Assembly: GCA_947306755.1 (NCBI GenBank)
Contig: CAMZHI010000005.1
Location: 1-60,369 of the forward strand
Reading direction: 5' to 3'
Origin: an uncultured Clostridia bacterium
GTDB lineage: Bacteria > Bacillota > Clostridia > TANB77 > CAG-508
Length of the DNA: 60,369 nt
Each line of letters starts with the position of its first letter. Position 1 is the first letter of the stretch. This document shows positions 46,322-57,331 of this stretch, piece after piece. Both the position numbers and the translations under genes were made by a program. The notes beneath the pieces are model-generated. The model did no database searches and was not told the DNA's origin. It worked only from the letters and a program-made list of their open reading frames with translations.

Positions 46322-47755
46322 ATGTATGTAGATATTAATTTAAACAAACTTGATTTGTATATGACAATGATAAAATTAGTTTTAATAAATATTTTTACAT
46401 ATTTTATAGCTTTAAAAATCATAAATACTATAGAAAAAAGAAATAAAAATACCTATGAATTGATATATATATTTATATGTACTATTTTTATATTATATAT
46501 AAGATACAAAATTAGTTATACTATAAGTATTGTAATACAATTAATTCTGTTAAGTTTTATAATTGCAAAACATACATATGAGAAGATTGAATATAGTATA
46601 TTTATTGTATTAATATCTCTAAGTATTAATTATATATTATTTTTCATAGGAGTAAGTGTATCCTTTTTAGTTAATACTGTGACTAAGATTAATAATGATT
46701 ATTTTAATTTATTAATTATTTTTGTCACAGAACTTGTTTTAATGCATTTTATAAAAAAGATAAAAAGAATAGAGTATGGTATCTCTTTCCTAAAATCAAA
46801 AGAAAACAATGATTTGTTTAATATAATTACATTAAATATTGCAACGATGTTGGTTTATACATTTATTATTGTTGCAAATGCTGCTGATAATTCACAAATT
46901 ACTAGAAAACTTACAATTTATTTTATAATTATTTCAATAATTATGTTCCTTACAATCAAAAAATCAATCGAAGCTTATTACAAGCAAAAATTGCTTATAC
47001 AAGATTTAAGTGAAACAAAGAAAGAACTTGAGGATAAGAAAAAGGAAGTTGAAGAGTTAGAAGCAGAGAATTTAAGATTTAGTAAAAAAGCTCATTCTCT
47101 TGCACATAAACAAAAATCATTAGAGTTTAAGATTAACAAAATTTTAATAAATTCAGAAATTGCAGAAGAAATAGGTATAGAAAGTGAATTAAAAAATATT
47201 TCTAAACAATTATTAGAAAATGCTAAATTACCTAAACTAGACAAAACAGGGATTTATGAAATTGATGATATGTTTGATGTTATGCAAGAAGAATGTAGAT
47301 TAAATGGAATAGATTTTGTACTACAATTAAAGGGTAATATTTATCAAATGATAAATCATCATATTACAAAAGATGAATTAGCTGTTTTGTTAGCTGATCA
47401 CATTAAAGATGCAATTATAGCTATTAACCATTCAGATAATTTAAATAAAAGTATTATGGTTAGACTTGGAAAAATAGAAGAGTGTTTTGCAGTTTATTTT
47501 TATGATTCAGGAGTAGAATTTCCTAAAAAAGTATTTGATAGTTTAGGTAAGAAGGCTATTACAACTTATTTAAATGAAGGTGGAACTGGAATGGGTTTTA
47601 TGAATACTTTTGATTTGTTGAATAAATATAGTGCAAGTTTAATTATAGAAAATATCGGAAAACCAAGTAAAGATAATTATACTAAAATTATAAAAATAAT
47701 ATTTGATAATAAGAACAACATATTGTTTAATAATAGTTTTTTTGATAATAAATAA
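46322..47755 (+). CDS. Orphan polytopic sensor histidine kinase, AgrC/VirS-like (GHKL ATPase C-terminus)
   Basis: RBS is AGGAG. It has about 6-7 N-terminal TM segments and a coiled coil (KKELEDKKKEVEELEAENL). The candidate H-box is RFSKKAHSLAHK, the N-box-like segment is IKDAIIAINH, and the G-boxes are YDSGVEF and GGTGMGF. No response regulator is adjacent. Confidence 0.65.
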   Translation: MYVDINLNKLDLYMTMIKLVLINIFTYFIALKIINTIEKRNKNTYELIYIFICTIFILYIRYKISYTISIVIQLILLSFIIAKHTYEKIEYSIFIVLISLSINYILFFIGVSVSFLVNTVTKINNDYFNLLIIFVTELVLMHFIKKIKRIEYGISFLKSKENNDLFNIITLNIATMLVYTFIIVANAADNSQITRKLTIYFIIISIIMFLTIKKSIEAYYKQKLLIQDLSETKKELEDKKKEVEELEAENLRFSKKAHSLAHKQKSLEFKINKILINSEIAEEIGIESELKNISKQLLENAKLPKLDKTGIYEIDDMFDVMQEECRLNGIDFVLQLKGNIYQMINHHITKDELAVLLADHIKDAIIAINHSDNLNKSIMVRLGKIEECFAVYFYDSGVEFPKKVFDSLGKKAITTYLNEGGTGMGFMNTFDLLNKYSASLIIENIGKPSKDNYTKIIKIIFDNKNNILFNNSFFDNK

Positions 47756-47880
47756 GAATTATTTTTAGTGTAGTTTTATAAGTTTTGTTAAATTTTAATT
47801 TTTATAACTACTCAGCAATATATAAAGAGCTGAGTAGCTATAAAAGTAGAAATTTGTAAGATTTTGTCGAACGATTATTC

Positions 47881-47909
47881 TTTACATATATACTAAAATG
47901 TGGTATTAT
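47881..47909 (+). promoter_or_regulatory. Sigma-A-type promoter ahead of the sortase gene
   Basis: TTTACA (47881-47886), a 17-nt spacer ending in TGG, then TATTAT (47904-47909). Confidence 0.45.
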
Positions 47910-47942
47910 GTAAAGGGTTTGTTTTAAATATTTTAAATAAAT

Positions 47943-48515
47943 ATGATATATACAAGTAAATTTATAAATCTAATAAGTTTTATTTTAACAATTATAATCT
48001 TTTTTTTATTGTATTTTTTATTCTATAATACTAATCCAATAGAAAGGTCATCAGATTTAATTAGTAAAATTAATAATATTACAGAACAGAAACATGATGA
48101 AAAGCAAGAAAATGAGCAGGAGAAAAATAATCTTGGTAATTGGTACATAGAGATTCCATCAATTAATTTATCTGCACCTATTGCAGATGGTACAGATAGT
48201 AATACATTAAATAATTTTGTAGGACACTTTATTGAAACTTCAGTAGAAATTGGAAATGTTGGATTAGCAGGACATAATAGGGGATATGAACACAATTATT
48301 TCCAAAACTTAAAAAAATTAAAAAAAGGAGATAAAATAATATATATTCATGATACATTTAAAAAAGAATATTCTGTAGATGTAATTGAAATTATTGAAAA
48401 TTCCAATTGGAATTATTTAAAAGAATCAGAAGAAAACAGAATAACATTAATTACATGTGTAGAAAATGAGCCTAAATATAGAAGGTGTATTCAAGCTGTA
48501 GAATTGGATATTTAA
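47943..48515 (+). CDS. Sortase (short, YhcS/class D-like)
   Basis: It has an N-terminal TM anchor, the His motif GNVGLAGHNRG, the catalytic TLITC and a downstream Arg (KYRRC). No obvious SD precedes the ATG. Confidence 0.7.
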   Translation: MIYTSKFINLISFILTIIIFFLLYFLFYNTNPIERSSDLISKINNITEQKHDEKQENEQEKNNLGNWYIEIPSINLSAPIADGTDSNTLNNFVGHFIETSVEIGNVGLAGHNRGYEHNYFQNLKKLKKGDKIIYIHDTFKKEYSVDVIEIIENSNWNYLKESEENRITLITCVENEPKYRRCIQAVELDI

Positions 48516-48595
48516 TGTATAGATAAAATCTTTCTTGAATATATATTAATCAAGAAAGGAGGAGGCTTATAACTATATATAAAAGCCGGAAAGTT

Positions 48596-49201
48596 ATGAA
48601 AATTAATAAGAAAATATTTATAATTGTTTTAATTTTGACTATAATTATAGGAATTATAATTTTTAAAAAAATGATTAAAAATACAAAAACAGGTAATAAT
48701 ATGAATAGTCAAGAAATCGTAGATTATGTGTTAAATATTAAATCATATAAATCAAATGTTAATGTACATGTGAATAGTAATAAAAATTCAAATAAATATA
48801 TTTTAGAGCAGGAGTATAATATTGAAAATGGTAGTGTGCAAACTGTAATAGAGCCATCAAATATTGCAGGTGTTAAAATAACATTAAAAGATGAAATATT
48901 AAAAATAGAGAATTCAAGTCTAGATTTAGCATGTATTTTTGAAAATTATAAAGCTCTAGAAGATAATAGTTTAGATTTAATCAGTTTTATAGAAGATTAT
49001 AGGAATGATGATAAATCTATTGTTGAAGAAAATGAAAATGAAATTATACTAAAAACAAAAAATAATAAAGAAAATAAATATAATCAAAATAAAATATTGT
49101 ACATAAACAAAGAAACCAAACTTCCTACAAAACTAATTATTCAAGATAATAACCAAAATACGACAATAAACATAAACTATAATAATATAGAAATTAATTA
49201 A
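48596..49201 (+). CDS. Membrane-anchored LolA-like/YdcC-like protein (tentative)
   Basis: The 201-aa product has an N-terminal TM segment. Its position directly upstream of mazF recalls the B. subtilis order ydcC-alr-ndoAI-ndoA. The family call rests on context and overall composition only. Confidence 0.35.
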   Translation: MKINKKIFIIVLILTIIIGIIIFKKMIKNTKTGNNMNSQEIVDYVLNIKSYKSNVNVHVNSNKNSNKYILEQEYNIENGSVQTVIEPSNIAGVKITLKDEILKIENSSLDLACIFENYKALEDNSLDLISFIEDYRNDDKSIVEENENEIILKTKNNKENKYNQNKILYINKETKLPTKLIIQDNNQNTTININYNNIEIN

Positions 49202-49265
49202 GTTTTTATATTAATCTACGAATATTCAGACTTTTAAATTATGCTAATAGTAGGAGTGAATAATT

Positions 49266-49616
49266 ATGCAAATTAAAAGAGGAGATATGTATTATGCTGA
49301 TTTAAGCCCTGTTGTAGGTTCTGAACAAGGTGGAATTAGACCAGTACTAATTATACAAAATGATTTAGGTAATAAATATAGTCCAACAGTAATAGCTGCA
49401 GCGATAACTTCGCAAACTAGTAAAACCAAATTGCCAACACATATTGAAATAAATGGTGAACAACAAGGCCTAAAAAACAATTCAGTAATTCTTGCTGAAC
49501 AAATTAGAACAATTGATAAGAGTAGGCTAAAAGAAAAAATAGGGCATATTGATGATAATACTATTATTAATAAAATTAATAATGCACTAGGTGTTAGCTT
49601 TGGATTAGATGAATAA
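49266..49616 (+). CDS. mazF: MazF/EndoA (PemK-family) mRNA interferase toxin
   Basis: The 116-aa product reads [31 protein letters not shown]...KLPTHIEI...[16 protein letters not shown] and is collinear with B. subtilis EndoA as I recall it. RBS is AGGAGTG. Confidence 0.88.
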   Translation: MQIKRGDMYYADLSPVVGSEQGGIRPVLIIQNDLGNKYSPTVIAAAITSQTSKTKLPTHIEINGEQQGLKNNSVILAEQIRTIDKSRLKEKIGHIDDNTIINKINNALGVSFGLDE

Positions 49617-49666
49617 TTAAAAAAACAATTACAACTTTGCTTTGCTAAGATTTAATTTTTATATAT

Positions 49667-49711
49667 AAAGAAATTAAAAGTGTAGATAAATACTAAACTT
49701 TTAATTTCTTT
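49667..49711. terminator. Bidirectional terminator between mazF and the convergent HD-GYP gene
   Basis: A 14-bp stem AAAGAAATTAAAAG / CTTTTAATTTCTTT is present. The right arm overlaps the last codons of the minus-strand gene. Confidence 0.6.
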
Positions 49712-50640
49712 ATAATTTTTGTCTCATTATACAAATTATCTATTTTAGTTTTTCTTAAGTCATATGCAGATTTATAATCGTTCCATATTTGATGGAAATT
49801 ATCTACATTTTCATTTTCTGTAAAATAAAGTTTCATATATTCTAAATAATAATTCTTTTTGTCTTCGTTTTTTGCATTAATATATTTATTATATAGTTTT
49901 TCAATTCTTTCGAATCTTTTTAAATTTTCAGCTAAATAATCTACATAATCTTGACTACATGTAATTTCGTAATAAACATCATCCAAAACAACTTTAATTA
50001 ATGCTTTAACAATTGTAGGATTATTTTTACCAAGTTTTGCATTTTCTGCAATTTCTTTAAGGACTGATGATGATTGTATTTTCTGATTAGGTTGAGTGTT
50101 TTCTATTAATATTTTTATAGTATCTGATATTCCAATGTGTGATTTATATTGACGTTTACTAACAATAGCATCGTATTCATCTGCAACACGAATAATTTGA
50201 CCTTCATATGGAATGTCTTTTTTTGTTAAACCTTGAGGATATCCAGTTCCATTAAGAGCTTCATGATGATAGTATGGACCTGCAGCATACGGGCGAAGCT
50301 TTAAGTCTTTTATACACATTTCATAACCAATCGTAGTATGGGTTTTTATAACTTCATATTCTTCATCTGTTAGTTTTGCGGGTTTTTGAAGTATTTCTGG
50401 TGGAATAAAAATCTTGCCAATATCATGTAAATATGCACAAATTGTACAGTATTCAGTAAAACTTTTTGAACAATGTAAATATTCACATATTCTACAAGTA
50501 ATTGCAGCAACATTTTCGCAATGTTTTCTTGTGAAAACATCAAGTGATCCTAGTGCATTAAGCTGATCCTGCATAGTTTTATCTAAATTATACGACTTTA
50601 ATGTAGTTCTATCATAAAAATCAAATACTTCTTTTTTCAT
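49693..50640 (-). CDS. HD-GYP domain protein (putative c-di-GMP phosphodiesterase) with a C-terminal helical extension
   Basis: Motifs seen: HCENVA, YLHDIGKIFIP and YHHEALNGTGYPQGL (HHExxxGxGYP). RBS is GGAGC. Confidence 0.8.
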   Translation of the reverse strand: MKKEVFDFYDRTTLKSYNLDKTMQDQLNALGSLDVFTRKHCENVAAITCRICEYLHCSKSFTEYCTICAYLHDIGKIFIPPEILQKPAKLTDEEYEVIKTHTTIGYEMCIKDLKLRPYAAGPYYHHEALNGTGYPQGLTKKDIPYEGQIIRVADEYDAIVSKRQYKSHIGISDTIKILIENTQPNQKIQSSSVLKEIAENAKLGKNNPTIVKALIKVVLDDVYYEITCSQDYVDYLAENLKRFERIEKLYNKYINAKNEDKKNYYLEYMKLYFTENENVDNFHQIWNDYKSAYDLRKTKIDNLYNETKIIKKLKV

Positions 50641-50765
50641 TTGAATGTGCTCCTTATTGTTTAATTAGAATAATTATATATTAAAAAGTTTTGAAATGCA
50701 ATAGATTTTTTCTTGAAATTATGATATTATTGGACAAGATAGAAAAAATAAAAAGGAAAAGGATT

Positions 50766-51821
50766 ATGGAATTAAGTTTTAACAATTATATTGCACAGCT
50801 TGTTAAAAACCCATATATATTGATAATTACCATTTTAATGTTAAGTGTTATTTTGGTTAATGGTTGGACAGATGCTCCAAATGCAATTGCAACTTGTGTA
50901 TCTACAAGAAGCATAAGGCCTAAAAAGGCTGTATTAATTGCTGCCATATTTAATTTTTTAGGTGTATTTACAATGACTTTAATTAGTTCCACAGTTGTGC
51001 AAACATTATATAATATAGCAAATTTTGGAAAAAATTCTTCATATGCACTTATTGCTCTATGTGCTGGTTTAGTTGCAATAGTTCTGTGGGCAGTTTTAGC
51101 TTGGCTTTTTGGAATACCTACAAGTGAAAGCCATGCACTAATTGCTGGAGTATCAGGAGCAGCAATTGCAATTCAAAAAGGGATATCTGGAATAAATTTT
51201 GCAGAATGGAAAAAAGTAATATTTGGATTAATTTTATCAGCTGTATTGGGATTTTTATTTGGATATTTAATTACTAAACTTATAGAAAAGATATTTAAGA
51301 ACTTTGATAGAAGAAAAACATTACCCTTTTTTAAAAAATTTCAAATTTTTAGTGGAGGAGCAATGGCATTTATGCATGGAGCTCAAGATGGACAGAAATT
51401 CATAGGCATTTTTTTACTAGCAGTTTCACTTGCAAATGGAACACAAATACAAGGTAGTTTTGCAGTCCCAATATGGCTAATGCTACTTTGTTCAGCAACT
51501 ATGACTTTAGGAACTTCCATTGGTGGTTATAAAATAATAAAAACGGTAGGATTAAAAATGGTTAAACTTGAAACATATCAAGGAGCATCAGCAGATTTGG
51601 CTGGAGCAATATGCTTACTTTTATCAACAGTATTTGGAATTCCTGTAAGTACAACACAAGTAAAAACCACTGCTATTATGGGAGTAGGAGCATCAAAAAG
51701 TATAAAAAAAGTTAATTGGAAGATAGTTAAAAATATGTTTTTGGCATGGATAATAACTTTTCCAGCATGTGGAGTTTTGGGGTATGTAATGACTCTAGGT
51801 TTTTTGAAAATTTTTATTTAA
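50766..51821 (+). CDS. pit: Inorganic phosphate transporter, PiT family
   Basis: ATG 50766 follows AAAGGAAAAGGA. The PHO4 signature NGWTDAPNAIATCVSTR is present, and the internal repeat carries GAQDGQKF. The product is polytopic. Confidence 0.85.
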   Translation: MELSFNNYIAQLVKNPYILIITILMLSVILVNGWTDAPNAIATCVSTRSIRPKKAVLIAAIFNFLGVFTMTLISSTVVQTLYNIANFGKNSSYALIALCAGLVAIVLWAVLAWLFGIPTSESHALIAGVSGAAIAIQKGISGINFAEWKKVIFGLILSAVLGFLFGYLITKLIEKIFKNFDRRKTLPFFKKFQIFSGGAMAFMHGAQDGQKFIGIFLLAVSLANGTQIQGSFAVPIWLMLLCSATMTLGTSIGGYKIIKTVGLKMVKLETYQGASADLAGAICLLLSTVFGIPVSTTQVKTTAIMGVGASKSIKKVNWKIVKNMFLAWIITFPACGVLGYVMTLGFLKIFI

Positions 51822-51837
51822 AGTAGGAGAGGTTAGT

Positions 51838-52458
51838 ATGAAAAATAAAGAATTAAATTATTATGATGAATTTATTAAAAATGTTGATATTTGTTGCAAA
51901 ATTTCAAATATTTTAAAACAACATACAGAAAATTTTCAAAATGAAAATGCAAAAGAAACTGAAGAAATGGTACATAAATTAGAAAATGATGCAGATTTAA
52001 ATTTGCATCATATAAAAAATTATTTGGTAAAAGATTTTTTGCCACCAATAGATAGAGAAGATATAATTTTATTAGTTAATAAAATAGATGATGTGGTGGA
52101 TAATTTAGATGAGGTTATTATAGATTTAAATATTTTTAATGTAAAAGTACTAAGAGAAGATTTTAAAGAATATACACAATTAATAGATAAAGCATGTTTA
52201 AAACTTAAGGAAATGATGTCTAATTTCAAAAATTCTAAAAAATATGAAGAAACGAAATCTATTATCATAGATATTAATCATTTAGAAGAACAAGGAGATA
52301 GATTGTTTGAGAAATCTATAAAAAACCTTTATGATAATGAAACAAATTCTATTGAAATTTCAAAATGGCATAATATTTATGAATGTGTGGAAAATTGTAT
52401 GGATTCTTGTGAATGTGTGGCGGATTATGTTGAAGAAATTCTTATGAAAAACGCTTAG
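51838..52458 (+). CDS. DUF47/PhoU-like phosphate-transport accessory protein
   Basis: The 206-aa helical protein includes FLPPIDREDI and EEQGDRLF. It forms the typical pairing with the PiT gene directly upstream. Confidence 0.75.
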   Translation: MKNKELNYYDEFIKNVDICCKISNILKQHTENFQNENAKETEEMVHKLENDADLNLHHIKNYLVKDFLPPIDREDIILLVNKIDDVVDNLDEVIIDLNIFNVKVLREDFKEYTQLIDKACLKLKEMMSNFKNSKKYEETKSIIIDINHLEEQGDRLFEKSIKNLYDNETNSIEISKWHNIYECVENCMDSCECVADYVEEILMKNA

Positions 52459-52513
52459 GGTTTGAAGAATAATTAGATTTTTAGCTGTGTTAAAATTTAA
52501 TTCTTTTCCAAAC
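52459..52513. repeat. Family B palindromic element
   Basis: GGTTTGAAGAATAATTAGATTT...CTGTGTTAAAATTTAATTCTTTTCCAAAC lies directly after the stop codon. Confidence 0.75.
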
Positions 52514-52569
52514 TACCAAAAAAGGTTTTTAATTTATAGCTTAATAAACATATACTTTTTAAACTATAA

Positions 52570-54597
<2,028 letters not shown>

Positions 54598-54643
54598 GAA
54601 GTAAGATGTGAGAAGTGAGAAGTGAATTCCTACCTTCAACCTC
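54598..54643. repeat. Family A heptamer element after ligA
   Basis: GAAGTAA GATGTGA GAAGTGA GAAGTGA is followed by the imperfect arm CCTACCTTCAACCTC. Confidence 0.75.
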
Positions 54644-54703
54644 AATTTTAATTAGTAGAGTACTTTTAGGAAAAAGTATATAAAATGCGGAAAAGGAGAA
54701 ATA

Positions 54704-54958
54704 ATGGATAATTACACTTTTGAAATGATGTACGAAGATTTAAGAAATGGATATCAAATATATTATACATATGTTAAAAATAGATATTTATTATTTAAAA
54801 CAGCAAAAAATTGCTATACTCAGAAACTAATTTCTAATAATGAAAAAAATCCACATCCAAGACAAACCATGCTTACATTAAAAAGAGTAAAAGAAATATT
54901 TCCATTTATGGAAGATATTGAGTATAGAGTTGGTGTATCAGATGTGGAAAACAGATAA
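54704..54958 (+). CDS. Hypothetical 84-aa protein
   Basis: RBS is AAAGGAG. I recognised no family. Confidence 0.5.
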   Translation: MDNYTFEMMYEDLRNGYQIYYTYVKNRYLLFKTAKNCYTQKLISNNEKNPHPRQTMLTLKRVKEIFPFMEDIEYRVGVSDVENR

Positions 54959-54979
54959 AGTTTTTTAATGATATTTAGT

Positions 54980-55495
54980 TTATTTTTTCTTTATAATATC
55001 AAATCTAATAATAGATATTATATTAGTTATTGTAAAAATCGTACAACCAATTGCTCCAGCATATTGTCCAAAATGAATTAAGTATGGAATCCAAACTATT
55101 GCTGATAGCAAATTTAATAGTCTTAAAACAAAGTTTTTGAAAATTAGAGCAAGTGGAAAGAAAATACCAGCAAGTAATGGTAAAATATCCCATAATGAAC
55201 TAAAGGTTATAGTCAAAACACAACATGGGATAAGTACATATAAAATTATTAACCATATAGGATATTTTGAATAATTTTTTTCCCAAAAGTAATTAATTAA
55301 TGATTCAGTAACAAATATTATTTGAACAATCATTCCTGCATATGCATGTAAAAGACCAAGAGATAAAGCCACACAAATATTTCCTGCAGCAAAGAATAAA
55401 AGCGTTTTGCTTTTATTATTAAGATTTATACCTATTGCATTCAATAAAGTTCCAATTGGATTTATCACTTGTGAAATAATTTGAATAGAGTTCAT
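54980..55495 (-). CDS. Small polytopic membrane protein (YgjV-like, tentative)
   Basis: The 171-aa product has about 5 TM segments. RBS is AGAGAGG. Confidence 0.4.
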   Translation of the reverse strand: MNSIQIISQVINPIGTLLNAIGINLNNKSKTLLFFAAGNICVALSLGLLHAYAGMIVQIIFVTESLINYFWEKNYSKYPIWLIILYVLIPCCVLTITFSSLWDILPLLAGIFFPLALIFKNFVLRLLNLLSAIVWIPYLIHFGQYAGAIGCTIFTITNIISIIRFDIIKKK

Positions 55496-55636
55496 TATTA
55501 GTACCTCTCTTTCTAGATGTTGATTTTATCATAATATAAGAAAATGCACAAGTGCAATAATGAATAAATGGCAAAAACAGTTATAGTAGATTAGAATGAA
55601 AATAATGAAGAATAAATTGTAAAAGGAAGAAAAAAT

Positions 55637-55942
55637 ATGAATAAAAGAAAAGTTGTAACATTATGTGGTTCTGTTAAGTTTTGGGATAAGATACAAGAAA
55701 TGTATGAAAAATTAGAGCTAGAAAATAAGTATGTAGTAATAGGGATTACACCTCATGTAATGAAACGTGATTTTACAGAAGATGAAGAAGACACATTAGA
55801 TGAATTGCACAAAATAAAAATAGATTTATCTGATGCAATTTATGTTATAAATGTGAATGGATATATTGGTAAAAGTACAAGAGAAGAAATAGAATATGCA
55901 AAACAAAAAGGTAAAGAAATAATGTATTTAGAAAACATTTAA
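55637..55942 (+). CDS. Hypothetical 101-aa protein (possibly a nucleoside 2-deoxyribosyltransferase-like fold)
   Basis: Motifs LCGSVKF and IGKSTREEIEYAKQKGK are present, and RBS is AAAGGAAG. The family call is weak. Confidence 0.35.
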   Translation: MNKRKVVTLCGSVKFWDKIQEMYEKLELENKYVVIGITPHVMKRDFTEDEEDTLDELHKIKIDLSDAIYVINVNGYIGKSTREEIEYAKQKGKEIMYLENI

Positions 55943-55975
55943 GAATATATAAAACATTTAAGGGGGAATTATTAT

Positions 55976-56437
55976 ATGAAAGTAGCTATTGGTCAAGATA
56001 GCCATAAGTTAAAATATGGAAATGAAAAAAAATTAATATTAGGTGGAATAGAATTTGAAGATGATTGTTATCTAGAAGGAAATAGTGATGCAGATGTAGT
56101 TTTACATGCGATTACAAATGCTATTTCTGGAATAACTTGTAAAAACATTATAGGAAAAGTTGCAGATGAAATGTGTAAAAATGGGATAACAGATAGTGAA
56201 GAATATTTAAAAGAAGCTCTTAAATATTTAGAAAATAAAATAATACATTTATCAATTTCAATTGAATGTAAAGTACCAAAAATAACTCCTAAAATTGATG
56301 AAATGAGAAGAAATATAGCAAGAATGTTAAATATAGACGAAAAATGTGTTGGAATAACTGCAACTTCAGGAGAAGGATTAACTGAATTTGGAAGAGGTAA
56401 TGGAATAAGTGTTTTTTCATGTATTACAGTAGATTAG
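55976..56437 (+). CDS. ispF: Divergent IspF-like protein (MECDP-synthase fold with altered metal/CDP motifs)
   Basis: It is collinear with IspF: IGQDSH, LILGGIEF, SDADVVLHAI and ATSGEGLTEFGRGNGIS. However, GHSDADV is replaced by GNSDADV and the DIGxxFPDTD loop is replaced by NIIGKVADEMC. Confidence 0.6.
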   Translation: MKVAIGQDSHKLKYGNEKKLILGGIEFEDDCYLEGNSDADVVLHAITNAISGITCKNIIGKVADEMCKNGITDSEEYLKEALKYLENKIIHLSISIECKVPKITPKIDEMRRNIARMLNIDEKCVGITATSGEGLTEFGRGNGISVFSCITVD

Positions 56438-56458
56438 TAAAATGAGGATGTGAAATAA

Positions 56459-57331
56459 ATGAAAGAAATATATATAAAAGCTAGAGGAAAGGTTAATTTA
56501 AATTTAGAAATTCTTGACAAAAGACAAGATAATTATCACAATTTAAAATCTGTATTTCAAAAAATAAACTTATATGATGAAATGTTCATTAAAAAAATAA
56601 ATAATAATAAATTAGAACTACAAACTAATATTGAAAGCTTAAATAATAGTGATAACATTATTTATAAAGCATATGAAAAGCTAAAACAAAGATACAAAAC
56701 TATTACAGGACTTAGTGTTGTATTAAATAAAAGAATACCAATGCAAGCAGGCTTAGGTGGAGGAAGTACAGATTGTGCAAGTTTTATAATAGCTATTAAT
56801 AAGCTATTTGATTTAAAACTTACAAAGCAAGAAATAATAGATATTGGAAAAAGTTTAGGAGCAGATGTTGTGCCTTGTTTATATAATACGGCAGTAATAG
56901 GTGAAGGAATTGGAGATGTAATAACAAAAATAAAAACTGATTATAAATACTATCTAGTAATAATTAAACCTAATATATCATGTAGTACTAAAGAATTATT
57001 TAAAATACTAGATGATAATAAACATAGAGAAATAATAGATAAAACAGATGAAATAGTTAAGGCATTACAAAAAAAAGATATAAAATCAATTGCGAAGAAT
57101 TTATTTAACAGATTTGAATATGTTATGCCAGATAAAGAAATATTCCAAAATATAAAAGAAGAATTAATGGTTAATGGTGCGATTGGAGCTTCAATGACTG
57201 GTTCTGGTTCATGTGTATTTGGAATTTTTGAAAATAAACAATTGGCAAAAAAAGCTTATAAATCAATAAAACAAAAACATGAAGCATATTATTGTATATC
57301 ATATAATTCACAAAAGGAGGAAATGTTTTGA
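56459..57331 (+). CDS. ispE: 4-diphosphocytidyl-2-C-methyl-D-erythritol kinase
   Basis: Motifs seen: ARGKVNLNLEI, DNYH, the GHMP motif PMQAGLGGGSTDCAS, GADVVP and MTGSGSCVFGIF. Confidence 0.85.
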   Translation: MKEIYIKARGKVNLNLEILDKRQDNYHNLKSVFQKINLYDEMFIKKINNNKLELQTNIESLNNSDNIIYKAYEKLKQRYKTITGLSVVLNKRIPMQAGLGGGSTDCASFIIAINKLFDLKLTKQEIIDIGKSLGADVVPCLYNTAVIGEGIGDVITKIKTDYKYYLVIIKPNISCSTKELFKILDDNKHREIIDKTDEIVKALQKKDIKSIAKNLFNRFEYVMPDKEIFQNIKEELMVNGAIGASMTGSGSCVFGIFENKQLAKKAYKSIKQKHEAYYCISYNSQKEEMF

